Assembly: GCA_029856125.1 (NCBI GenBank)
Contig: JAHQWJ010000049.1
Coordinates: 1 to 40,026, forward strand
Direction of reading: 5' to 3'
Source of the DNA: Promethearchaeia archaeon
GTDB taxonomy: Archaea > Asgardarchaeota > Lokiarchaeia > Sigyniarchaeales > SOKP01
DNA length: 40,026 nucleotides
Part shown: positions 9,839 through 19,091 of the stretch, in pieces
Position numbering within the stretch: the stretch's first letter is position 1
How the letters are laid out: every line of letters begins with the position of its first letter
Notes under the pieces: generated by a model
What the model was told of the DNA's origin: nothing
The model's input: only the letters and a program-made list of their open reading frames with translations
Database searches by the model: none
Translations under genes and position numbers: made by a program

Positions 9839-10936
9839 ATGAAAATTATTGGTCCTTGTGCTGGAATTGGCTCGCGATTACGGCCATTTACATTGAGTAA
9901 ACCAAAGACTTTCATAAAAGTAGCGGGTAAAACTGTTCTCGAGCATATTCTTAATAAATTTGGCGAAACATTTGATTCAGAAACAGAGTTAATTTTAATT
10001 GTTGGTTATAAAAAAAGGCAAATCACAGAATTTGTTAAACAAAAATATCATGATAAGTTTAAACTAACCTTTATAGAGCAAATACCACGAGGATACAACG
10101 ATGATATTCCATTTTACTGGGGATTGGGCGAAGCAGTATATTTAGCTAATTCAAGATTCGAAGAACTCAACATTTCGAGTAAAGAAGTAGATAAGCGTGA
10201 GGGTTCCTTACTTTTTTTAGCTGATATGATACCTATTGACGAATACTCCTATTTAATGTATAGATATCATGAATCTGATGTGGATGGAATAATCACGGTT
10301 ATGGAGGTACCAAAAGAAGACGCTAGCTCCTATGGTGTTGTCGTTGTCGATAGCAATTCACTTATTCAGAAGTTAGTCGAAAAACCGAAAGATTTTGTTT
10401 CTAATTTAGCGATTGCTGGTATTTACGCTTTTTCTAATTCAGCTACTAGAGCTCTTTTTGATATAATAAAGGGTTATTTAGATAAAAGGACTCACGATTC
10501 AAAAGAGGTTTTCTTAACTGAAAGTCTACAAGACTTAATAGATAGTGGATTTAAAATTGCTGCTGTTAATTTAAAGAAAGGTATTTTAGATTTTGGAAGA
10601 CCTTCTGAAGTATTAAGGGGCAATAGGTACTTATTAGAGCAACAATCTATTAAAAAGGAATCTTTTCCTGAATTAAACATAACAACTGAGAAGTCATTCA
10701 TAAAAAATCCTATTCACATTGGTAAGAACACTTCAATAATTAATTCGGTTATTGGTCCCTATGTTTCAATAGGAGCCAACTCTAGAATAGAAAAATGTAT
10801 CCTTGAGAATTGTGTTGTTGAAAGTGACACATCGCTGAAAAATGTGATATCAGAAAATTCAATAATAGGTAGTAATGTTAAAGTTGAAAATATTAGCAAA
10901 AATAACCTAATAATAGGAGATAAAAGCATTTATTAA
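9839..10936 (+). CDS. Sugar-1-phosphate nucleotidyltransferase (glucose-1-phosphate thymidylyltransferase-like) with a C-terminal hexapeptide beta-helix
   Basis: AGIGSRLRPFTLSKPK, YGVV, LVEKP, AIAGIY. C-terminal IGKNTSIINSVIGPYVSIG repeats. Confidence 0.9.
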   Translation: MKIIGPCAGIGSRLRPFTLSKPKTFIKVAGKTVLEHILNKFGETFDSETELILIVGYKKRQITEFVKQKYHDKFKLTFIEQIPRGYNDDIPFYWGLGEAVYLANSRFEELNISSKEVDKREGSLLFLADMIPIDEYSYLMYRYHESDVDGIITVMEVPKEDASSYGVVVVDSNSLIQKLVEKPKDFVSNLAIAGIYAFSNSATRALFDIIKGYLDKRTHDSKEVFLTESLQDLIDSGFKIAAVNLKKGILDFGRPSEVLRGNRYLLEQQSIKKESFPELNITTEKSFIKNPIHIGKNTSIINSVIGPYVSIGANSRIEKCILENCVVESDTSLKNVISENSIIGSNVKVENISKNNLIIGDKSIY

Positions 10937-11081
10937 GTTCTCATTTTTTATCTGATTAAAATCAATTAATTATTTAAAGAAATTTTTTAATCCCATAAAA
11001 TATATTTTTAGTAAAATTAATATTAAATATAAGAAGAATTTGAAATCTGAATGAATAAATTAAATTGTAAAATGATGTATC

Positions 11082-12455
11082 ATGCCTTATAAAATCGCTT
11101 TTGATGTAGGACATAAACCCAGAGGTAAACTCGACGAGAATCTCACAGAGTTAAGAGATTTTTTAAACACAAACGATTTTATGTGCTATAATTTTCTGGA
11201 AACTCCAATTACTCATACTTCCCTTGAGCCATTTGATATTTTAGTGTTTGTGTGTCCTGATTTTGCTAAAATTACTTCGATGGAAATAACTGAAATTAAT
11301 AATTGGGTAAGAAATGATGGTGGGGGGTTATTACTTCTTTCACACGCTGGTGGGGACAGGGGTAGAAACAGTAATTTAAGTGAATTAAGTCAAATGTATG
11401 GGATAGTCTTTGAAAATGACCAGGTTTTAGATGAAACTTACAATCTAGGTATGGAAAACATGCCAATAATTACTTCCTTAATACCTCCACACCCTATTAC
11501 AAATAGTATTAGTTCGATTTGTTATAGATCAGGTTGTTCGCTAAGCGTTTTAGGGAATGCTATATCAATAATTTCTTCAAACGAAACTTCTGAACCTTTC
11601 TCTTCGGCTTTAGTCTGTGTTTCTGAACCGGATAAAGGTAGAATTTGCGCCATCGGGAGTTATGAATTATTTAGAGATCGCATAGGGGGAGGCTTCAATA
11701 ACGACGAACATCCAAATTTGGCATATAATATCTTTTCATGGTTGATCTCTGATTATAGAATGGACTTACATTCGAGTGGAACGATCCCTGATATTGTTAC
11801 TAATAAACTTGATTCTGATATCGTTTCTTCGGATTACAATTCAGAAATACCTCAATCGTCATTATTTGGACAGAAGAACGTCGATATCGATTTTTCGATG
11901 AAAATATCGAAAAAAAGTGAGCTAGTAGAATTATTAAAAAAATTTCAAAACCAAATCGACACGATTAAAACTACAATTGATAAACTGATCAAAACAACTG
12001 TAGCATCAGAAAAGGTAATATTTGAGCTTAGTAAACCACCAGAAAATGCTCAAAACAAAGAAAAAAAAGTATTAGATAACTCAAAATCTAATGGTTTAGA
12101 TAAACTACTAGAAAGTAATAATGTCCTAACAGATTTACCTCCAAAGCCAGAAAGTTTAAAAATTAAAGATGAAGACGATTTTATCGGATTACCAAAAATC
12201 GATGACAAAAATAAATTAAAACCTGTTCCAAAAGCAAAAGATAAAAAAAAAGTGAAGAAGAGAGACCTAGTAGCTGAAAAGAAAGCATTAGAGGGTAAAC
12301 TCAATTCGGTTCGAAATTTACTTGAATTTATAGAAAAAAAGCACGATTCTGGACAGATGGATGAAAAATCTTACGAAAAACGCGCTAGTCAACTTAAGAG
12401 TGATTTAATTACTACGCAAAACAAGATCGAAGAAATTGATAAAAAATTAGAATAA
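11082..12455 (+). CDS. GIFT-domain (IFT52/GldG-like) protein with C-terminal coiled coils
   Basis: IAFDVGH, DILVFVCP, GGGLLLLSHAGGD, NLSELSQMYGIVFEND, YRSGCSL, GRICAIGSYELF and NIFSWL follow the IFT52 N-terminal domain pattern. Confidence 0.75.
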   Translation: MPYKIAFDVGHKPRGKLDENLTELRDFLNTNDFMCYNFLETPITHTSLEPFDILVFVCPDFAKITSMEITEINNWVRNDGGGLLLLSHAGGDRGRNSNLSELSQMYGIVFENDQVLDETYNLGMENMPIITSLIPPHPITNSISSICYRSGCSLSVLGNAISIISSNETSEPFSSALVCVSEPDKGRICAIGSYELFRDRIGGGFNNDEHPNLAYNIFSWLISDYRMDLHSSGTIPDIVTNKLDSDIVSSDYNSEIPQSSLFGQKNVDIDFSMKISKKSELVELLKKFQNQIDTIKTTIDKLIKTTVASEKVIFELSKPPENAQNKEKKVLDNSKSNGLDKLLESNNVLTDLPPKPESLKIKDEDDFIGLPKIDDKNKLKPVPKAKDKKKVKKRDLVAEKKALEGKLNSVRNLLEFIEKKHDSGQMDEKSYEKRASQLKSDLITTQNKIEEIDKKLE

Positions 12456-12474
12456 AGAATACAACTCAATTTTC

Positions 12475-13797
12475 TTAATTTTTAGGTTTAAAGTCATCAG
12501 GAACATACGGTTGGGCATATTTATTTACAATTTCAAAGAATTCCTTATCTCCAACGCCCTTTGATATTTTCTTTAATTCTTGTTTTATCAAATTAAAGGA
12601 TTTTCTAATGTCCTTTTTAGAAGTTTCCTCATGTTTTTTTTTCACTTCAGTTACGATCTGCTTTATAATTGCATCTGGAATATCTAAATCCAAAACTTTT
12701 ATTTTTTTTTGAAGAGCGTGTAAAATCGATTTGGAGCCTGAAAATTTTCCAAGATAGAATTTTCTTCTTCTTCCGACTAAATTTGGATTAATTGGCTCAT
12801 ATGTTAATGGATGTGCTAAAATTGCCGCTATATGAAGACCACTTTCATGAGAAAATGCATACTCTCCGACTATTGGTTTATTTAAAGCTAAGGGTTGGTT
12901 GAAGTATTTCTCACAGACTTGACTTAATTCTGGTAATCTTTTCAAATCAATACCCGTATTTATCCCGATTCGCTCTAAAATAGTAACGACTTCTTCTAAA
13001 GCAGCGTTTCCCGCTCTTTCTCCATATCCGTTAATACATGTGTGTGGGTACGTACATCCTTCAATTACTCCAGTAATCGTATTCGCAACAGCTAAACCAA
13101 AATCATTATGCGTATGAATCCCCATAGGGATTTTTTTTTTAAGAGGGTCAACTACCTCCTTTTTAATGCGTTTATACAAATAGGAAGTAGAGTAAGGTGT
13201 TAAGATGCCAACAGTATCGCCTAACACAATTCTTTCAGAGCCCGCTTCAATCGCCGTCTGAAACACATTTTTCAAATGAGTAAAATCACATCGCGTTCCA
13301 TCTTCAGACACCCAATTCACTTTGAAGCCGTTATCAGTTGCGTAAAGAATTGCTTCATTTATGATTTCTAACTGTTCCTCAGGTTTTTGTTTCATTGTTT
13401 TCCTGAATATTGGAGATATAGGCATAAAAATTACAATTTCTTTAAGGTCTGCTTCAATACACGCGTTGATATCTTCCTTCTTTGGTCGAGCTATTCCAAG
13501 AATCGTTGCTCTTTCTAAATTTTCACTAACGAGAGTTTTAACGATTTTTTTTTCAGTTTTGGATACTGCAGGAAAACCAACGGCAATTAATTTCACTCCA
13601 ATTTCATCCATTAACTTTGCTAAATGGATTTTTTCATCAAGTGTCAGATAAACAGTAGGACTTTGTTCGCCATCCCTTAATGTTTCATCCCAAACACAGA
13701 TTTGAGATGGTATGTCGAGATTCTGTTCTTTTAAAGCAATTTTGTTATAATCAACTAGTAAGTTTTCTAGTTCTTCTTTAGTAAATTTATAGCTCAT
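12475..13797 (-). CDS. Homocitrate/isopropylmalate synthase family (DRE-TIM) enzyme, apparently without the LeuA regulatory domain
   Basis: DETLRDGEQ, HTHNDFGLAVAN, GERAGNAALEE, HESGLH, YEP. Confidence 0.9.
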   Translation of the reverse strand: MSYKFTKEELENLLVDYNKIALKEQNLDIPSQICVWDETLRDGEQSPTVYLTLDEKIHLAKLMDEIGVKLIAVGFPAVSKTEKKIVKTLVSENLERATILGIARPKKEDINACIEADLKEIVIFMPISPIFRKTMKQKPEEQLEIINEAILYATDNGFKVNWVSEDGTRCDFTHLKNVFQTAIEAGSERIVLGDTVGILTPYSTSYLYKRIKKEVVDPLKKKIPMGIHTHNDFGLAVANTITGVIEGCTYPHTCINGYGERAGNAALEEVVTILERIGINTGIDLKRLPELSQVCEKYFNQPLALNKPIVGEYAFSHESGLHIAAILAHPLTYEPINPNLVGRRRKFYLGKFSGSKSILHALQKKIKVLDLDIPDAIIKQIVTEVKKKHEETSKKDIRKSFNLIKQELKKISKGVGDKEFFEIVNKYAQPYVPDDFKPKN

Positions 13798-13897
13798 TTC
13801 TATTTCTAAGAATAATCTAAAATAAATAAATTAAATTATTTGATAGAAATTTAAGAATAGTAAAAAAATTGTTTAAGTTAAACAAAAAAGGTCATGT

Positions 13898-14383
13898 TTA
13901 GTTATGCTCGCAACCACAACCGCATTCGTGAGTATCATGTGGATCTGGTTCACAACCCGTTTCTAAAATTTTTATTTTAAATTGAAGAGTTTTTCCCGCA
14001 AGTGGGTGGTTCATATCAATTACTATAAATTCATCATTTACTTCTTTAACCCAAGCCATTGAGTGAGTTCCGTTAGCGTCACCCACTCCGAGCATCATTC
14101 CTGGCTCAGGATCCAAATCTTCTGGCAGTTCATCAATGCTAACAGTTTGAACTAATAAGGGATCAATCACACCGTAAGCTTCAGAAGCGTTTAATATAAT
14201 CTCAAACGAGTCCCCTACTTCTTTACCAATAACTGAATCATCAAAACCTTGAATCAAAGTTCTAGTGCCAACTTCGAATTTTAACGGTTCCCCTCCTTGA
14301 AGCTCCGTGCTATCGAATATGGTTCTGTCTTCTAATCTTCCTTCATATTCAACTTTGATGATATCGCCTTTCTTAATAGACAT
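13898..14383 (-). CDS. slyD: SlyD-type FKBP peptidyl-prolyl isomerase with a His/Cys-rich tail
   Basis: VEYEGRLEDRTIFDST, EAYG, DMNHPLAGKTLQF, tail HDTHECGCGCEHN. Confidence 0.92.
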   Translation of the reverse strand: MSIKKGDIIKVEYEGRLEDRTIFDSTELQGGEPLKFEVGTRTLIQGFDDSVIGKEVGDSFEIILNASEAYGVIDPLLVQTVSIDELPEDLDPEPGMMLGVGDANGTHSMAWVKEVNDEFIVIDMNHPLAGKTLQFKIKILETGCEPDPHDTHECGCGCEHN

Positions 14384-14469
14384 AGTAAGTCCAACTTTTA
14401 TATATTTTATAAAATAATAGAATTATTCCTTATTACTTAACTGTTTATAATTTAGAAATTCTTAACCTT

Positions 14470-14880
14470 CTACGGACTATATTGGCTAAATCTATTTAAA
14501 AATAATTTTGAAATTTTTCTACTTTGTAATTCATTGAATTTTTTCAGTTGTCTTGTAGGAGATTGTTGGAAAGCAGAATCAATGGCCTTCATAAATTCTA
14601 TTCCATCTCCACTTATTCTATATATCCCATAGTCTCCTTTTTTGATTAAATTCGTATTTATTAAATGAGAGAGGTGATTTGATATAGCAGTCTTTTCCCG
14701 ATTTGTATTTTTTACAATATTTCCAAAAGATTTCGTTCCTTTAAGTAATTGGAGTAATATTTGAAACCGATATTCATTTCCTAAAGATTTTAAAATAGGA
14801 ACTATTTCCATAGAGGCTTCATTCAGTGATTCTATTAACGGATCATGAATATTCTCAGATATCATATTGATGATTTTCAC
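14470..14880 (-). CDS. ArsR-family wHTH regulator
   Basis: LKSLGNEYRFQILLQL ... AISNHLSHLINTNLI. Confidence 0.85.
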   Translation of the reverse strand: MKIINMISENIHDPLIESLNEASMEIVPILKSLGNEYRFQILLQLLKGTKSFGNIVKNTNREKTAISNHLSHLINTNLIKKGDYGIYRISGDGIEFMKAIDSAFQQSPTRQLKKFNELQSRKISKLFLNRFSQYSP

Positions 14881-15379
14881 TTTTTTCTTTAATTGGAATA
14901 TACCAATCCATTAATGAATTCGGATCGTTTTCTTTCCATCTTTTTGGTGAATAAGATTGCATTGTATAAGGAAAAGATGTCTCATAATTAGATTCAGGTA
15001 ACCATTTAGTAAAATAATAATCAGAACCCTCTCCCATGTATTTAGTTGTAAAAAACAGATATTTTGTTTTAGGTAAAATTTTATAAAACATTTCTAAGGG
15101 AAAAAATTCTAGACTTTTTACCTCGATTCCTACAAAGATATGAAACTTTTTCTTCATATCATAGTTCGCAGGTTCGATATGGATTTCATATCCATAAACA
15201 TCACCTGATTTAATTTTCTCAAGATATTCGCGGTATGTGTTCCCTAAACTCATAAATCGTTTCCATGTATTCCCAATTTCATTATTTGGATCCCAACCTT
15301 TTGTTGAATGAAAGGGGTTTCCATAATATACGCAACCTAAGAGTTTAAAGACCCTCTCTTCAATTATTTCAGGTTCCAA
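14855..15379 (-). CDS. GyrI-like small-molecule-binding domain protein
   Basis: MEPEIIEE..LLG, IGNTWKRF, FVGIEV, LPKTKYLFF, WLPESNY, WYIPIK. Confidence 0.8.
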   Translation of the reverse strand: MEPEIIEERVFKLLGCVYYGNPFHSTKGWDPNNEIGNTWKRFMSLGNTYREYLEKIKSGDVYGYEIHIEPANYDMKKKFHIFVGIEVKSLEFFPLEMFYKILPKTKYLFFTTKYMGEGSDYYFTKWLPESNYETSFPYTMQSYSPKRWKENDPNSLMDWYIPIKEKSENHQYDI

Positions 15380-15521
15380 TTTATATCGAGGATGATTTAA
15401 TTGTTTTAATTAAAGATTAGTTTTTTATTATTTAAATTTATTCATTATTTTTAGGAATATATTCATATTATTTAAATATAAAGCTGTTTTTTTAGAAATA
15501 CCTAACAAAAAGGGTAATAGT

Positions 15522-16034
15522 ATGAAAGAAAAAGAGTTTAAATTGAAGCCAATTGGCTATGTTCGAGTTGTAGCGAATAATTCAAAAGAAGTTGAATATT
15601 TTCTAGATATTAACGAACAATATCACTCGGCTTTAAAATCGTTAGATAAATTTAGTCATGTTATTGTTGTGTGGTGGGCTCATCAAAACGATACAGAAGA
15701 AATACGGAATCAAAAGGCATGGTCAATAATTCCTCCGTATGGAGAGAATCCCGAAGAAACAGGAATATTTGCGACCCGGGCAGAATATCGCCCAAATCCC
15801 GTAGCAATGACTACTACAAGTATATTAGAGGTTGATGAGGAGAAGGGGATTGTTAAGGTCGGAGGTTTGGATACCTTTGATGGGACTCCTATTATCGATT
15901 TAAAATCCTACTTCCCTATTAGTGATCGCGTAAGGGATTGTTATATCGCTCCTTGGCTAAAGGATTGGCCTGAATGGATGGAAGATGGATCTGTTTGGTG
16001 GGAAGAACAAGGATTTTTTGAAGATTATGAGTAA
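15522..16034 (+). CDS. tsaA: TsaA/TrmO-family SAM-binding (tRNA methyltransferase-like) protein
   Basis: LKPIGYV, FSHVIVVWW, GIFATRAEYRPNPV, GLDTFDGTPIIDLK. Confidence 0.8.
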   Translation: MKEKEFKLKPIGYVRVVANNSKEVEYFLDINEQYHSALKSLDKFSHVIVVWWAHQNDTEEIRNQKAWSIIPPYGENPEETGIFATRAEYRPNPVAMTTTSILEVDEEKGIVKVGGLDTFDGTPIIDLKSYFPISDRVRDCYIAPWLKDWPEWMEDGSVWWEEQGFFEDYE

Positions 16035-16100
16035 GTATTAAATATAACAAAAATTTAAATTTAAATTTTTTTTCGAAAATCAGAATAAGAGGTGTAAGTT

Positions 16101-16886
16101 ATTAGCTTTAAGATAATAGAATTAAACAACGAAAATGTTGAAAGTGAGGGTTTATTCTGCAAAAAATCAAAAAAGAAAGAGGATGGTTATAAAAATAAGC
16201 TCAAATGGATAAAAGAGAGGTTTAACGAAGGATTAAAATACAAGCTCTTACTCGTTAAAGAAGCTAAAGGGTTCACTTCAAGAGGTTTTATAGAATATAT
16301 ACCTGGTAAGTATAACTGGCGGGGAATTGATGCAAATGGTTGGATGGTCATTCATTGTCTTTGGGTTGTAGGTAAACATAAAAAACAGGGATTGGGTTTA
16401 AAACTCCTAGAAGAATGCATAAAAGATGCTAAAGAACTTGGTATGAATGGGGTTGTTTCCATGAGCGCTGAGAAATCTGATGGACTCCCAAATAAAAATT
16501 TTTTTCTGAAATATGGTTTCACCAAAGTTGATGAGAATAAACCTTCCTTTGAACTCTATGCTAAACCCATTTCTGAGGGCGTTTCAATGCCAAAATTTTT
16601 CCCACTTTCTCCTGAAAAGGCTAAAAAATATGATGATGGAAGAACTATTATTGATGGTCATCAATGTCCTTACATGCAAAACATGATCGATAATATAGGT
16701 GAATTTGCAGAAACGAGCGGCATTCCATTTCATGTAAAGGTCTTAAAAAATGCTCAAGAAGCCCAACAAAATGGAATTAACGCTTATGGTATATATTCTA
16801 TAGTATGCAATGGTGAGATTGTCTCACAAACTTTTCCAAGAAGAATATCTGAAGTAACTGAAAAAATTAAACAAATTACATCGTAA
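16101..16886 (+). CDS. GNAT acetyltransferase with a YoaP-like C-terminal domain; probable non-AUG (ATT) start
   Basis: The frame is open from 16098, after TAA at 16095. It encodes ISFKIIELN...KWIKERFNEGL...GFIEYIPG...VIHCLWV...QGLGLKLL...QCPY. SD-like GAGGTG lies at 16089-16094. Confidence 0.8.
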   Translation: MSFKIIELNNENVESEGLFCKKSKKKEDGYKNKLKWIKERFNEGLKYKLLLVKEAKGFTSRGFIEYIPGKYNWRGIDANGWMVIHCLWVVGKHKKQGLGLKLLEECIKDAKELGMNGVVSMSAEKSDGLPNKNFFLKYGFTKVDENKPSFELYAKPISEGVSMPKFFPLSPEKAKKYDDGRTIIDGHQCPYMQNMIDNIGEFAETSGIPFHVKVLKNAQEAQQNGINAYGIYSIVCNGEIVSQTFPRRISEVTEKIKQITS

Positions 16887-16946
16887 AAATAAAGGATATT
16901 AAGATATATTTAGAAAATGGATTACTACTACTTACTCTTAAGATGA

Positions 16947-17285
16947 TTATGTCATCTGTTCAAACAAGGCTTGCAATTCCTCCTTCACATCAGCTAATCC
17001 TAAATCTTTAAGCAGCGTCTTAGAACGATTACTTAAAGAATAAAAAGATCGTGGTTCAGAGCGTTTATATTCTAAAACCTTCTTATTTTTTAAAAAATCA
17101 TTCTCCTTTAAGATCTTGATATGATAATTTAAGTTGTTTTCTGGAATTGACGGTAAAAGATCTCTTAATTCACTAAAGGAAAGAGGTTCCTTTGCTAAGA
17201 GTGTAAGTAATATTTTATATCGGGTTTTTTCAGAAATAAATTCCAATCCTTTTCTTTTATTTTCAAATTTCAATGGAAGTTTCAA
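16947..17285 (-). CDS. ArsR-like wHTH regulator
   Basis: TRYKILLTLL..EPLSFSEL ... NLNYHIKILKENDFL ... FYSLS. Confidence 0.85.
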   Translation of the reverse strand: MKLPLKFENKRKGLEFISEKTRYKILLTLLAKEPLSFSELRDLLPSIPENNLNYHIKILKENDFLKNKKVLEYKRSEPRSFYSLSNRSKTLLKDLGLADVKEELQALFEQMT

Positions 17286-17380
17286 ATCATCTCCCTCCTA
17301 TCATTAATATTGGTTTTTTTATTTAATTCCATAATAAATATGTTTAATAGCATATTTAAATCTAACTCAAATCTAATAGA

Positions 17381-17396
17381 GTCAATTATCATTGAC
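17381..17396. promoter_or_regulatory. Inverted repeat GTCAAT-N4-ATTGAC, probable operator
   Basis: Perfect 6-4-6 inverted repeat between the divergent wHTH gene and 17459. Confidence 0.45.
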
Positions 17397-17458
17397 ATAT
17401 AATAATTTATAATATAAATGAATTTCTAATATGTTTAGTATATTTTAGGGGGAATTAG

Positions 17459-17947
17459 ATGGAGATCTCACATCATAGCGCATGGGATGAATTTTTAGAT
17501 GAATTTATTAGCGTTTTTTCAATTTTCGATCTTTTAAAGAATAAAATTTTCATTTGTGGTTCATACAACGATGATACATTCGTTAATCTTCAGGAAGTGC
17601 AAAGGATAATAAATATGAATGAAAATAATCTTGGATTCTTTGAAAAAGAATTTAGCCGCACTCATCTTGAAAATCTCATTCTAAAATTTGATCTCGTCGC
17701 AAAATTCTCGGACGAGATTATTATGATTATAGAACATGATAAAGGTGGACATATGATTGAGATGGGGATAATCCTCTCCTTTAAAGAATACTATGAAAAA
17801 ACAAAAGTATTTGTGTTAAAAGATGTTGAAATCACTGAAGTTTTAAAGAAAGGTGGCCTATTAACGCCATTCTTTAAAGAAAATGTTACTTTATTTTATT
17901 TTGAAGACATAAAGCAATTAAAAAGATATATTGATGAAATTTATTAA
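17459..17947 (+). CDS. Hypothetical protein, NDT/TIR-like Rossmannoid fold
   Basis: KIFICGSY ... SDEIIMIIEHDKGGHMIEMGI pattern. Confidence 0.55.
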   Translation: MEISHHSAWDEFLDEFISVFSIFDLLKNKIFICGSYNDDTFVNLQEVQRIINMNENNLGFFEKEFSRTHLENLILKFDLVAKFSDEIIMIIEHDKGGHMIEMGIILSFKEYYEKTKVFVLKDVEITEVLKKGGLLTPFFKENVTLFYFEDIKQLKRYIDEIY

Positions 17948-17988
17948 AACTAACTAAAGATTCATCTATTAGGGGAAATAAAAACGTT

Positions 17989-18804
17989 CTAGCTTTTTGA
18001 GAATCCTCCATGATGGAATTCGATTTTATAAATAAGTTTCAACTTTTTGCAATAAGCATCTATTTCTGATTCAATAGAATCCCAAAGAGAATGATCATTC
18101 CTGAATTCTTTATATAAGGGTAAGATTTCAGGATATGTCTGTTTTATAACGTTTAAAATTCTTGGAACGTTATGAGGTCTGAAGTTCAAATTTTCAAACA
18201 TATAAGAATCTGTATAGTCCATCGTCTCTTCTATTATCGCTTTATAATTAGTAATTTTTGGAAAAAATGGCGAAATAAAAGTATATGTTTTAATTCCGTT
18301 CTCGTGTATTTCTTTTAAAGCCTCTAATCGCTCTTTTGGTCTTGAAGCCCCTCGTTCAATTAATTGCGCGAATTCGTTATCTAAGGTGCTGATTGAAATG
18401 CCCACTTCAAGATTCTCAAATTTCTTAAATAGATCAATGTCTCTCGTAACAAATTTAGATTTAGTCAAAACTGAGATTTCTGCTTTGGTCCCTATAAGTT
18501 TTTCAAGAATTTTCCGAGTATTTTTATACTTTAACTCTAAAGGAGTGTAGGGGTCAGTTACAGAGCTGAGTAATATTTTTTTTCCATTATATTTTTGTGG
18601 TTTAATTTTATCGAAGTCATAGGTTTTAACATCTAAGAATTCGCCCCATTTATCACCCTTATGTCCCGTAAAACGTATCATGAATTCAGCATAACAATAC
18701 ACACACCCATGTTGGCACCCAACATACGGATTAATGACAAAATCAATTATGGGGATGTTGCTCTTAGTTATTATGCTCTTAGCTTCTCGATAAGTGATAT
18801 TCAT
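17989..18804 (-). CDS. Radical SAM protein, spore-photoproduct-lyase-like family
   Basis: INPYVGCQHGCVYCYA (CxxxCxxC), SSVTDPY, LTKS, RDIDL. Confidence 0.9.
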   Translation of the reverse strand: MNITYREAKSIITKSNIPIIDFVINPYVGCQHGCVYCYAEFMIRFTGHKGDKWGEFLDVKTYDFDKIKPQKYNGKKILLSSVTDPYTPLELKYKNTRKILEKLIGTKAEISVLTKSKFVTRDIDLFKKFENLEVGISISTLDNEFAQLIERGASRPKERLEALKEIHENGIKTYTFISPFFPKITNYKAIIEETMDYTDSYMFENLNFRPHNVPRILNVIKQTYPEILPLYKEFRNDHSLWDSIESEIDAYCKKLKLIYKIEFHHGGFSKS

Positions 18805-18896
18805 ACTATTGCTATAGAATAATGTAAATTTAATTGAATATATTATTTCTTTTTTAAGATAAATCTATTAATATCCTTTAAATTAATATATTTTTT

Positions 18897-19091
18897 ATGC
18901 CATTGAAATTATTTGAAAATGATAGAACCAATAAAATCGTCCTCCTTATTATTCTAATAGCATTACTAACTGTTTCGGTTATATTGGTATCTATAGTCGT
19001 AATGTACTTAGTGTCTCTAGAAGAAACCGGAGGAGGATGACCGAGTACATGCAGTATCTACATAAATTTAATTTTAAGAACAATTTTATGA
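18897..19091 (+). CDS. Small single-TM protein: 47 aa if UGA at 19038 is a stop, 64-aa candidate selenoprotein if it is Sec
   Basis: MPLKLFENDRTNK-IVLLIILIALLTVSVILVSIVVMYLV-SLEETGGG-UGA-PSTCSIYINLILRTIL-UGA. SECIS-like hairpin immediately downstream. Absent from the ORF track. Confidence 0.6.
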
